From positions 32,001-83,799 of IMG/VR virus record IMGVR_UViG_3300025141_000053: a DNA stretch of 51,799 nt, one strand, 5' to 3'. This document shows, piece by piece, positions 36,801 to 46,307 of this stretch (position 1 is its first letter; every line of letters begins with the position of its first letter). Source of the stretch: a virus. A program made the translations under genes and the position numbers. Under the pieces are notes generated by a model, which saw only the letters and a program-made list of their open reading frames with translations, did no database searches and was not told the origin of the DNA.

Positions 36801-39800
36801 GATGTATTGGATAATAAATCTAAATATAGAAAAGAATCTTCTAGGATAAAAGAAGTTGATCTCAAATATCCGATATTGGTATATAAAGATACGGTTGTTG
36901 ATGGAAATCATAGATTATCTAAAGCATTTGACGAAGAAAAAGAAACTATTAAGGTTAGATATGTTACCAATAAACAAATGGAAAAATGTTTAGAAAAGGA
37001 GATAGATTTCCCTAAGTCAGAACACAAAGATATTAAAAAACAATTAAAAGAGCGGGGACATATATACACAACTCGTGTTGATAAAGATTATGGAAAATAT
37101 AAAGAAGGTGACATACTAACATCTCCATTTGGAACATTAAGAGTTAAAGATGTTGATAAATATAATAAGTTAGAAGATCATCCACATCTAGATGAATTGA
37201 CCGATAAAAATAAAGAGGATATTGGAAAACACAAATACGAATATATAAAACTTATAAGAAAAGAATCAGAAAGGATGAGGTTGATTTCGAAGGTCGCTGA
37301 AGATATAAGTAAAAAAGATGATATCGAGAAAATAATTGATGATTTAAATCCTGATATTGTTATTGATGCAGATATTGTGAATGATATAATTTTAGAATTA
37401 TCATTTGAGAGCGATTATAAAGATTTTATAGACTTATCTGATGTTGTTACTGGTTTAAACAATAACGAAGCATCAGTAATGGTAAAAGAGCATAAAGCAA
37501 TAGTTAGTCTTATTGGCAGAAATGGGTTTTCTCCAGATTTAATAAGAAAGGCTGCGGCAAACATAAACAGTGCTTTTAAAAAATCAAAATTAAACCAAGA
37601 AGCTATAATGGTTAAGATTTGGGCCAAAGTGTTTGGGTCTGTATCATTTGGCTATGGTGTAAAAGATGAACACTATTCTTTTAAGCTTTCTAGTGGTCCA
37701 TTTAGAAGATCACTAAAAATATTATTTCCTGAAAATCCCACAACGCTGTCTTTGTCTGAATTAAATGTTGATGACTCAAAAAAAAGAGAATTTGGGGAAC
37801 ACATATCGAAGATTTTGGGATATGGAATAGTATTCAAGAATTTTAGGATATCAATTGAGGGTGATTACGTAATTCTACTTTGTGTCCCTGATATGAAAAG
37901 CTCTAACTATATTAGTTTAAGGGAACAAAGAAAAAATATTTTAGAGCAAAAAGAAAAAAACCTTAGTGATATTGGGATGAATGAAGATAAGTTTAATGAG
38001 TTATTAGAAAGGACAAAGGCTTATTATAATAGTTTTGAATATGATGAATATACTGCAGAGCCGATAGATGAAGATCATCCTTCAACGCCATTGGAAAAAA
38101 TTTGGAGTGATCCCTATGGCGCAGCCGGGAAATTTTTTAACAAAAACACTAAAATAGTTTTGGCATTTCACGAAAGAACTAAAAATAATGGAAAATATTC
38201 TGGAAAATATTTGCCTGATGAAAATTTAATTGTTGCTTATATTTCAGAAAACGACCATGTAGATTTGGCTATGATTGAATCTATTATAGAGCATGAATTA
38301 GTTCATAGTGGGCAAGGAGATTTTAGTGGATATATTAGTTCTGAAGAAAATAGTTTAATATATCTTTTAAATAAAAGTGAAATAGATGCCAGATGGGGAG
38401 AAATATTATTTAGTTTAAGAAAACATGGTCCTAGCCCTATTTATTATGGGTTGGTTAGTGATGAACGCAAAAGAATGACCAATCAAGAAAAAGATGTGTT
38501 TGATGAGTGTATTAAAAAAATAAGATCAAAATATCAAAATATTATTCTGGAAACAATAAATGAAGGGCATAACTCTATTGATATGGCATATGAGGCACTT
38601 GAAAGAAAATTCTCTAAGAAGGCAATAATGAAATATTTTGATGAGTTAGAATTTAATCATTTGATAGATACTGCCTCTCGCCTAGACCATATTAAAAAAC
38701 TTGCTTTTGGTGGAAAAGACCAGAAAATATTATATCACGTTGGTCCAAGGCCAGCCGAACCTAAGCCTTATAAACATAATATAGAAAAAGGATGGACTAG
38801 ATATTTTAAGGAAGATGGTGAACATAAAGTCATAAATTATGAACGTGCAGTATTTTTAACAAATAACTGGAAAAAGGTTTGGCAAAATCACGGTATTCAC
38901 GGAAATATTTACATATATAAAATTCCCATGGCCATGATAAAAGAGTCTGGTGGCATACAGAAATATGATTGGGCGACCGAAATTATATTTGATGAGAATT
39001 TATGGAATAAATATAAGAAAGATGTTGTTTTTGTTGGATCTATAGATGAACAAAAAGCAGAAGAAATAATGAAAGACTATTTTGAAACACGGCCAGGGAT
39101 TGGCAAAAAGCAATTAGAGAGAGAGATGGAAGATGTAGTTGATAGGCTTTTATCTGGCGAGGCAAATATAGAATCATATTCTTACTTTTCTAATGATCGT
39201 CTAAATACAATAAAAGATATGTTAAATAAAAAAAATGCTGGCGAGGAAATAGTCTCTCTTATTGATCGTATATTAAGAGTGAATGCCATTTACCAAAATA
39301 TCGATGACAGGGAAGCATCTAGGATTGATAGAATAAAAAAAATAGCCAATTTTCCAAATGAATTATTGGAGAAATTAGATGATATTAATTATGGATTGGT
39401 AACAACAGATGACGAGGAACTATCTCAAGAAAAAATGGATTCATTAGACGATGAGAATGTTGATTGGTGGAAAAATGGAGATAATATTAAGTTATTGACC
39501 ACAGAAGAGACATTAGATAGAAATATTGGAAGTTGTTATGAGCAAAGTCTTCTAGAATATAAACTATTGGATGAGGCTGGATATGACCCAATAATGGTAT
39601 TTGTTAATCCAGAAGATGGTGAGGGCAATGGGCACAGTGCTATCTTTTATAGTGAAGGAGATGAATGGTATTGGATAGAACATTCTTGGGGTGATCAACG
39701 GGGAATCCATGGACCTTATGATAATATAAATGACGGAATAGATATTATGATAGAAAAAATGTCGATGGGATGGAAAAATGTTACTAAATATTATTTAAAT

Positions 39801-42800
39801 AAAGATATGGATCCTTCTCTAATACTAGACAAAGAAGGATTGACTTATAAAGATTTTAAAACTCAAGGTTTGAAGGGAGCATCAATAGAGAATGTAGAAG
39901 AATATTGTAACGATGCTAAAGTAGGCTCAAGGCTTGACTTAATAAAGAAAGTTGCCAGAAGAATTAGTATACTATATTTACAAAAAAAATACAAACATGT
40001 TTATAAGCATATTGCTGATGAGTTAATAAGTGTGGGGAGATCTTCTAATAATTCTAAATTTTTTGACAATGATGATGATGCATTAGCTGCTTTGAGCCGG
40101 CCACCTGAAATTATACGAAGATATTTAAATGATAAACTTCCAAAAGATGTTATTGTAGAAGTTTATGATGATGGTATGGAGGATACGTTTTATTTGGGAC
40201 CGAGAGGCGGATATTTAGAAAAACCAATTAGTGGAAGATGGATTCATGTAAGTTGTCTTCCAAGGGGAAAAAATTTAGACAATTATCTTCGTAAATTTTT
40301 AAATATAGACAATCATGTTTGTTTTTCTTCGGTCGGAAATCAATCTGGAGATGAACTTTATGTAGAGGGAAGAACTGACCAATTTTTTGCAATCATTATG
40401 GATGGGGAGGCAGACGGGGCTTTTGGCCATGATGTTTATTCTGATATTGATGAGTGGACAAATAGAAGATGTATTTCTGGTTTGACTAAAAATAAGCGAA
40501 AGCCTCCCGAGACTATTTTTGAGGCTTGGGTTATCCCGAAACAATCAAAATTTGTTTGTATTGTTTCAAATATAGATTCTATTATAAAAGAAGCCGAAGA
40601 ACTTGGGATTAATATAGTTAAAAGTAGTCCAATTGGGTTTGGAAGGAGTGATAACGAAATAGATAAAACTGATTTGACTTATGAGGATAGTGTTGAACTA
40701 GAAAATGAACTAGAAGAAACAGATAAGTGGATGGATAAGGCTCAAGAATATGATTCTGATTATTATAGAAAACCAAAGAAAAATAAGTCTATAGTCGAGG
40801 AAGACGAGGAAGATTCATGGGAAGATTACGTCGAAATATCTGGATCAAGATTTGACCAGATTAACAAGTTAGCAGTTTCCCCAGAAAAACCTTCTGGTAT
40901 TTTAACGCCGCCAGAAGATAAAGTAAAAATGGTATCTGATTATATTCGTAAACATTTCTATCCAGCATTATTTTCACATTGGGGAAATTGGAAAGAAAAA
41001 TCAAATTTTATATTGAAAGAACTTAATGATGCCAAAAAACAATTGGAGCAAGACAAAAATGCTTTGCCATCAATCTGGATAAAAAGAGAAAAAACCAATT
41101 TGACCATTGATAAAAAAGAAACTAGTTGGTCGCTTTTTGGGAATGGAAAATTTCTAGATATTAAATTTTTATCAGCAGGTAATATAGATTTTAAAGAAAA
41201 AATTATAGATATAATTGACAAAGAAGAGAAGTCTTTGCGAGAGGATTTTGAGTGGGCTGGAAAAGTTCCACAAGAAAAAATTGATATTTTAAAAGAATAT
41301 GCCAATGGCCAAACTATTACTTTGCCAAATACAAAAGATTTTAATTTTGAAATAGACAATTATCCTATAATGATAAGAGTTGTTTTTGATCCTACAGCAA
41401 GAACACATTATCATTCAAGAGATTTTGTTGGATATATAATACTTGGATCACATTCATTTTCGCCATATCAAACAAATCAACAATATTTCTTTGAAGCACT
41501 TCGTGCTATCCCACATGAATTTACACATGTAATGCAAGATATTCTTGCCAAAAAACTAGGTAAAGAGAGACATGAGGTTGGTTTGTCTTCTTCTAGAATA
41601 GGTGATAAACCAGAGCATCATTTGAAACCACATGAATTTAAAACAAACTTAGTAACTACTATAGAAGATATTAAACAAAATTTATTACAATATCCTTCCG
41701 ATGAGAGAGGGGAAATCCTCAAAATGAGATTGGCAGTTATTCCTTCAGAAAATAATTATGGACCTTGGAATTTAACACATGATAGGACAATGGTTTTATT
41801 AAAAAAAGATGCTCCTATAAAATGGAAAAAAGCGGTCAAGGAAGTATATCAGGCAGTTGAAAATTTATTACAAGACAAAGTTGCCCAGAGGCTTAATCAG
41901 ATAAGAAAACTAGCACAAAGAAGCAAGTACGAAATACTTATTGGATATCTTATAAATATATTAAATGATATGAATGTATCGAAGTCAGAAGTTATTATTG
42001 GAGGAAGTGGAATTCTTGGCGCTTTAGGATTAAAATCTGTTGGCGATTTAGATATTACCATTCCGGATAAAAAAGCATGGAGACGGATATCACAACATCC
42101 TAATGGTATTGTGGATGAAATTCGCCCAGGAAATCCTAGAGTTAGATTTGATTTTCCAGAAGGTGAGTTAGAAATATTTACTGGGCCATGGAAAGTTGAC
42201 GAAAGAGATTTTGCTGAAAATATGCTATTAACAGATGTAGAGGGAATTAGTCATTGGAGTCCAGAGCATACGCTAGAATGGAAACAGATGATGAACAGAC
42301 CAAAAGACCAGAGCGATATTGAATTACTTGAAGGTTTAAATAAAAAATCTTCAAGACTTGATAAATTAGCAAATGAAATTACATATCTTAATCAAAAAGA
42401 ACAAGAAGAAAATGTTTTATATGATAAAAAAATGAAGAGAAATGTTGGATTAAATGAAAAATATATTTCTTCTCTTATTAATGGAACAAAATCATTTTAC
42501 AAAAATATAAATGAAGAGTACAAAAAATTGGGGATAGATGAATATAATCCTAAATCAACATATGATATTTCAAGTAGTCATCCATATCTTTATGTTGGAG
42601 ATATATATTTTGACCCATATGGAACATCAACAAAATTTTCAGACCCTACCCTTAAATTATATTTTATAAAGTTAGATCCTATGGCTGTAAGTAAAATCTG
42701 GGGCAATATGCCAAGAGTTGGTTATGGTGGAATATGTGGAGGAGACAAAATATTAGTTATGATTCCTGATTTCGACAATGTTGATTTGTCGAAAATAGAA

Positions 42801-45800
42801 TCTACTCTTGAACATGAATCAACACATGGGGGCTTAATCTCTTATCCAAAATATACGTCGATAGAAGATGGCGAAGAAAAGTATATGAGACAACACATAG
42901 AAGTAGATGCCAGATGGGCTGAGTTATTAAGAATTCTTAGACGATATGGTCCAGGAGATTATTTAACAAAGATTAAAAATTTAGAACTGGCAACTTTAAT
43001 AGATGTCGATGACAAGAAAAAATATAATGAACAGTTTAATAATATAGTAAATAAATATGCTGATATTATTTTAAATACTATTAATGAGGGATATAACTCA
43101 CCTGAAATGGTATATAAAGTATTAGATCGCAAGTTTACATTAGAGGCAATTAAGAAATATTTTGATTACTTAAAAGAAAAAGGGTTAATGAGTTATGCGT
43201 CAAGATTTGATAAGATATATAAATTAGCAGGAATCAGAGAAAATCTTATAAAAAAATATCCTGATTTAAAAAAATATATTTTAGAAGTAGCACACAAAAT
43301 CGATAAAAGATATCTAACATGGTTTACGAAACAACTTGTAAATTTTGAGAATAAACAAAGTGGCGCTGTACGATTATATGATTATATTACAGAATTTAAA
43401 AATCATCAGCAATTGTTGGAAAATAAAGATTTGTATCAATACAATTTCCAGTCTTTGCAAAAAGCTATTTCTGAAATAAAGAAACAGAAACATGAGGCGC
43501 GGGAAGTTGCAAAACAATATTTTGAGTTGTTAAAACAAAAAAGGGAAGAATATCGTAATTTAAATATGGATAGAAAAGAGATAAGATCAAAATCATATGA
43601 AGATGGGAGAAGATTTCTTAATAATATAGAACCTAAATCATTTCAGAGTTTTGTGAGACAAGAAATAAGTAAAGTTATTGAAGAAAGAGAGAGATTAAGA
43701 GGAAAGGAGAAAACGGCAAGAGAAAATTCTGATGTTATTTTTGAAGATGAGAACTATTTAGTAATATTGCCAGGAACAGAGCAGGCTTCTAAATATTTTG
43801 GTTCTGGGACACAATGGTGTACAGCGACAGAAGAAAATAATATGTTTGTAGTTTATTCTTTGGAAAATGTATATCTGTATTATATTTTAAATAAGGAAAA
43901 TGATGATAAACATGCTTATACAATTACTAAATATAATGATCAGATTGACGTAGACATTCGTGATATTGTTGATTTTCAAATAGATGAAGCAACTCTTAGT
44001 AAAGCACTTGGAAAATATTATGATAAGATAATTCCTATTATTAATAGAGATAATGAAGGTCGCAAGGAAACAAAATTCAAGGAAATAATTAAAACTATGT
44101 CTCCAACACAATTAAAAATAGAATTGGAAAACTTAGATATATCTCAGAAAATAATCCAATATGACTACTTAGAAGATTTTTCTAGAAATATGGAAACGAG
44201 AAAGTATTGTACAAGTCAATTAAAACTTTTTGCTACAAGAATAGCAACACATGATTGGACTAAAGCTGACTTGTTTTATGCGTATGGGTTAGATAAAAAG
44301 TATCCCGAATTACATGATTTATTAATCGAGACAATAGCGGAAGGCCCAGAACCAGAATTCTTTTTTGATATAGGAGGCTTGAGCGAGAAATATCCTAAGC
44401 TAGCAAGAATAATACTTGAAAGAATGTCTAATTCTGGAAATATAGCATTCTTTTATTCAAAACTACATGAAAAATATCCCGAATATATCAGTGAAAATTT
44501 GGCTTATAGTCTTTTACACGACATTGAAGTAAGTTATTTGTTTTTTAGATTGGGCTTGCATAAGAAGTATCCTAAAGTAGTTGAAGATAGTTCAGAAGTT
44601 TTCTTGTCTAATAGTCATGATATGAGAGAATTATATTTAGAATATAAAATATATAATATTATACCAAATATTGCTCCAGAAATAATAAAAAGTGGTTTGG
44701 ATAATGGGTATGAAAACTATTTTCGCTTTAATGTTTATGAAGATCCCAGATATAGACATTACGGAGAAGAATATTTAAAAAAATATATAAATGAAGAGGA
44801 TTCTTGGTATCTTGAGGAATTATTTGAAAAACATAATTTGTACGATATTTACCCCAATATATTAAATAATGTAAAAGGGGCTAATGAAAAAAGTGCTTTT
44901 AAGATTAGATTAAATAAAAAAGTAGCATCAAGATTTGATAAGATATATAAATTGGCAAACTCCATTTCTTTATATCATTATGCCCCAAAAGAAGCCTATG
45001 AAGATATAAAAGAAAAAGGGTTAATGAGTTATGCGTCAAGATTTGATTTAATTAATAAGATAGCATCAGGAGATAGCACCAACTATCCAGAAGAACTATT
45101 AGAAAAAATGGATGATATTGATTATGGGTTGGTTACAATAGATGATGAAGAACTATCTCCGAAAAAAATGGATTCAATGGATGCCAAGAATGTTGATTGG
45201 TGGCAAGAGGGAAATAATATTAAATTATTGACTACAGAAGAGACATTAGATAGAAATATTGGCAGCTGTTACGAGCAAAGTCTTTTAGAATATAAATTAT
45301 TAAGTGAAAGTGGATATGATCCAATAATGATATTTATTCGGCCAAAAGATGGTGAGGGTAACGGACATAGTGCTGTTTTTTACAATGAGGAAGATGGATG
45401 GTATTGGATAGAACATTCATGGCATGACCAAAAGGGGATTCATGGACCTTATGAAAACATGAATAATGGGATAGATATTGTAATAGAAAAAATGTCTATG
45501 GATTGGAGAGATGTGACTAAATATTATCTAAATAAAAATATGAACATTTCTTCCATATTAGATAAGAAGAATCTGACATATAATGATTTCCAGACTCAAG
45601 GTTTGAGGGGTGCCTCATTAGAAAATATAGATACAGAATTTTATTTATATCATTATAGTCCAAAAGATGTAAGAAAAGATATAGAAGAAAGTGGTTTGAA
45701 GTCTCCATATGGATTAATTGACGATAATGACTATAAAGAACGTATAGAAAATTATAGAGATCGTACAGCAGAAACAATGGGTGTTCCCAAATCTAAAGTA

Positions 45801-46307
45801 ACTTATGAAGATGTTTTGGAAGGTTTAGAAAAAAGGCGTGAAGCAATGTTTGATGGTGAGGGAGGATCAAGAGCCCTATCTGTTCTTTTAGAGCCTATTC
45901 CTACTAATATTAAAGGAATAAATAAAGATATTAAAGAATATGCTGAAGAACATGATCTTTATAATATTGATTTTGTGGCAGCAGTAAGAGATGGAGTTAT
46001 AGAAAAGGCATCAATCGTAGAAGAAAAAGTGCGAAGTGAGCGCCCAGTTGAATTAGAAGATTTTATAACAGAACTAAAGGGCTCAAGAATTAAGGAAGAT
46101 CAATGGAAAGAAAAGGGGAAATTCTATTTTTCTGGTAAAGCACATGCCATGTTAGTTTTAAAAGATGGTATTTTGCCAAGCAAATATATATACAGAATTG
46201 AACATAAGCCAAGTACAAAAGATGCCAGAAAGGAAGAAATAGTGGAACTGATGACAGATGATGAGTTAGTTGAGACATATAATAATCTTATCGGAGAAAA
46301 TTCATGA
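33855..46307 (+). CDS. Giant polyvalent protein (4150 aa): SLT/lysozyme-like, ASCH, four HExxH zincin, ParB-N-like, ART-like, two transglutaminase-like, nucleotidyltransferase and PcfJ-like modules separated by repeated linkers
   Basis: LETGG..YGLVGNQ..ANASG; SIKNGQRTFTIR (ASCH, ~34914); HELAH 36210, HELVH 38292, HEFTH 41514, HESTH 42813; YPILV..VVDGNHRL; LYHVG..VFLT; GSCYEQS..GHSA..WYWIEHSW twice; IIGGSG..GDLDI..RPKDQSD; ASKYFGSGTQWCTA; LYHYSP..IEESGL. Confidence 0.85.
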   Translation: MISKVTATDLGQIVNLLQKQLMPEETSPKTSPQETVSKETILRPLPLVDTKLAYDIIIGLETGGKYAVGDLETGYGLVGNQLSAFSRHLSKDPLSEKVTGISSSDYKTIGSAHGNACRALRKIDYWKEVPIDQDAVESYFKNNPRKYRRKVLKYTLPNGEAIIAKKKDGGWKGYGVDYSKLSGYMKITPESKSKINRIVSRYITGNVNLSAIAKLKASQDHPELYKKFDDTFTDAKKVRKNKSLMALCERMAQRDFSGRINSVVKMVQKYGYDVSNSQAYNIYQLIAIANASGLGRLSRFLKNKQTFSEGHLYYLKRANPAIQKKTGISTQMPPNGGLAGFKQKTAMISKRAIMKSIPFPQDYVESIKNGQRTFTIRLEDYGVEPGDTVQAITDAGAHFCDLSIEEVKKMTPYKIGKDISEPLGLDLEEKFKFQPEVENFFVIKFYNPNIKYASDNKHIVVDDGAEFLINALHILDSSFSNWEKYMDFEYDIIENFSLYRVKFIIILDDLPNNFINLSPLFRQDIFSRTTHEDHYIQVSSYIRQGETEKFSEIVDILYNIIEKSISNQKTIIQKFIKTIASIISDNDYHKDDVYSVVDPFSVFNRSKIIVPKSSFVFKLSEFNLLPQEREVFNLHLGEEKSKETDFKIYSNNGKSIFIISLEYPDVKYIDEKKQKENVLGQKKKNKLIGLNTEMMDHIIKVMGNKIKSFNNDGVKPGFVTKVSELYHDPFGASGKFFNQDIEILFRLEDNQKAAYEGLYNSKKKTISIWIPEENIDYEKIESLLEHELAHSGEVVSGDPSASKYIGPDRNFMAYLHNKNEINARWGQILLSLRRDGLSKHHLDLFMRERERMTEKEEEIFMEQVRGRVEKNARTILEAINEGHNSVDMIYKVLNGRFTKRAIETYIDHLRGDGFLSNASRLDKIKKLATQTYSDRNDNTYNVDELIKITKDNKITDEPIKKFKKNLKKKMWEDSDDNEISLQDVLDNKSKYRKESSRIKEVDLKYPILVYKDTVVDGNHRLSKAFDEEKETIKVRYVTNKQMEKCLEKEIDFPKSEHKDIKKQLKERGHIYTTRVDKDYGKYKEGDILTSPFGTLRVKDVDKYNKLEDHPHLDELTDKNKEDIGKHKYEYIKLIRKESERMRLISKVAEDISKKDDIEKIIDDLNPDIVIDADIVNDIILELSFESDYKDFIDLSDVVTGLNNNEASVMVKEHKAIVSLIGRNGFSPDLIRKAAANINSAFKKSKLNQEAIMVKIWAKVFGSVSFGYGVKDEHYSFKLSSGPFRRSLKILFPENPTTLSLSELNVDDSKKREFGEHISKILGYGIVFKNFRISIEGDYVILLCVPDMKSSNYISLREQRKNILEQKEKNLSDIGMNEDKFNELLERTKAYYNSFEYDEYTAEPIDEDHPSTPLEKIWSDPYGAAGKFFNKNTKIVLAFHERTKNNGKYSGKYLPDENLIVAYISENDHVDLAMIESIIEHELVHSGQGDFSGYISSEENSLIYLLNKSEIDARWGEILFSLRKHGPSPIYYGLVSDERKRMTNQEKDVFDECIKKIRSKYQNIILETINEGHNSIDMAYEALERKFSKKAIMKYFDELEFNHLIDTASRLDHIKKLAFGGKDQKILYHVGPRPAEPKPYKHNIEKGWTRYFKEDGEHKVINYERAVFLTNNWKKVWQNHGIHGNIYIYKIPMAMIKESGGIQKYDWATEIIFDENLWNKYKKDVVFVGSIDEQKAEEIMKDYFETRPGIGKKQLEREMEDVVDRLLSGEANIESYSYFSNDRLNTIKDMLNKKNAGEEIVSLIDRILRVNAIYQNIDDREASRIDRIKKIANFPNELLEKLDDINYGLVTTDDEELSQEKMDSLDDENVDWWKNGDNIKLLTTEETLDRNIGSCYEQSLLEYKLLDEAGYDPIMVFVNPEDGEGNGHSAIFYSEGDEWYWIEHSWGDQRGIHGPYDNINDGIDIMIEKMSMGWKNVTKYYLNKDMDPSLILDKEGLTYKDFKTQGLKGASIENVEEYCNDAKVGSRLDLIKKVARRISILYLQKKYKHVYKHIADELISVGRSSNNSKFFDNDDDALAALSRPPEIIRRYLNDKLPKDVIVEVYDDGMEDTFYLGPRGGYLEKPISGRWIHVSCLPRGKNLDNYLRKFLNIDNHVCFSSVGNQSGDELYVEGRTDQFFAIIMDGEADGAFGHDVYSDIDEWTNRRCISGLTKNKRKPPETIFEAWVIPKQSKFVCIVSNIDSIIKEAEELGINIVKSSPIGFGRSDNEIDKTDLTYEDSVELENELEETDKWMDKAQEYDSDYYRKPKKNKSIVEEDEEDSWEDYVEISGSRFDQINKLAVSPEKPSGILTPPEDKVKMVSDYIRKHFYPALFSHWGNWKEKSNFILKELNDAKKQLEQDKNALPSIWIKREKTNLTIDKKETSWSLFGNGKFLDIKFLSAGNIDFKEKIIDIIDKEEKSLREDFEWAGKVPQEKIDILKEYANGQTITLPNTKDFNFEIDNYPIMIRVVFDPTARTHYHSRDFVGYIILGSHSFSPYQTNQQYFFEALRAIPHEFTHVMQDILAKKLGKERHEVGLSSSRIGDKPEHHLKPHEFKTNLVTTIEDIKQNLLQYPSDERGEILKMRLAVIPSENNYGPWNLTHDRTMVLLKKDAPIKWKKAVKEVYQAVENLLQDKVAQRLNQIRKLAQRSKYEILIGYLINILNDMNVSKSEVIIGGSGILGALGLKSVGDLDITIPDKKAWRRISQHPNGIVDEIRPGNPRVRFDFPEGELEIFTGPWKVDERDFAENMLLTDVEGISHWSPEHTLEWKQMMNRPKDQSDIELLEGLNKKSSRLDKLANEITYLNQKEQEENVLYDKKMKRNVGLNEKYISSLINGTKSFYKNINEEYKKLGIDEYNPKSTYDISSSHPYLYVGDIYFDPYGTSTKFSDPTLKLYFIKLDPMAVSKIWGNMPRVGYGGICGGDKILVMIPDFDNVDLSKIESTLEHESTHGGLISYPKYTSIEDGEEKYMRQHIEVDARWAELLRILRRYGPGDYLTKIKNLELATLIDVDDKKKYNEQFNNIVNKYADIILNTINEGYNSPEMVYKVLDRKFTLEAIKKYFDYLKEKGLMSYASRFDKIYKLAGIRENLIKKYPDLKKYILEVAHKIDKRYLTWFTKQLVNFENKQSGAVRLYDYITEFKNHQQLLENKDLYQYNFQSLQKAISEIKKQKHEAREVAKQYFELLKQKREEYRNLNMDRKEIRSKSYEDGRRFLNNIEPKSFQSFVRQEISKVIEERERLRGKEKTARENSDVIFEDENYLVILPGTEQASKYFGSGTQWCTATEENNMFVVYSLENVYLYYILNKENDDKHAYTITKYNDQIDVDIRDIVDFQIDEATLSKALGKYYDKIIPIINRDNEGRKETKFKEIIKTMSPTQLKIELENLDISQKIIQYDYLEDFSRNMETRKYCTSQLKLFATRIATHDWTKADLFYAYGLDKKYPELHDLLIETIAEGPEPEFFFDIGGLSEKYPKLARIILERMSNSGNIAFFYSKLHEKYPEYISENLAYSLLHDIEVSYLFFRLGLHKKYPKVVEDSSEVFLSNSHDMRELYLEYKIYNIIPNIAPEIIKSGLDNGYENYFRFNVYEDPRYRHYGEEYLKKYINEEDSWYLEELFEKHNLYDIYPNILNNVKGANEKSAFKIRLNKKVASRFDKIYKLANSISLYHYAPKEAYEDIKEKGLMSYASRFDLINKIASGDSTNYPEELLEKMDDIDYGLVTIDDEELSPKKMDSMDAKNVDWWQEGNNIKLLTTEETLDRNIGSCYEQSLLEYKLLSESGYDPIMIFIRPKDGEGNGHSAVFYNEEDGWYWIEHSWHDQKGIHGPYENMNNGIDIVIEKMSMDWRDVTKYYLNKNMNISSILDKKNLTYNDFQTQGLRGASLENIDTEFYLYHYSPKDVRKDIEESGLKSPYGLIDDNDYKERIENYRDRTAETMGVPKSKVTYEDVLEGLEKRREAMFDGEGGSRALSVLLEPIPTNIKGINKDIKEYAEEHDLYNIDFVAAVRDGVIEKASIVEEKVRSERPVELEDFITELKGSRIKEDQWKEKGKFYFSGKAHAMLVLKDGILPSKYIYRIEHKPSTKDARKEEIVELMTDDELVETYNNLIGENS

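Noticed and set aside
39350-45630. Duplicated transglutaminase-like segments as a DGR template/variable repeat pair
   Set aside because: Mismatches include many C/T and synonymous changes rather than adenine-only changes, both copies are coding, and no reverse transcriptase is in the window.
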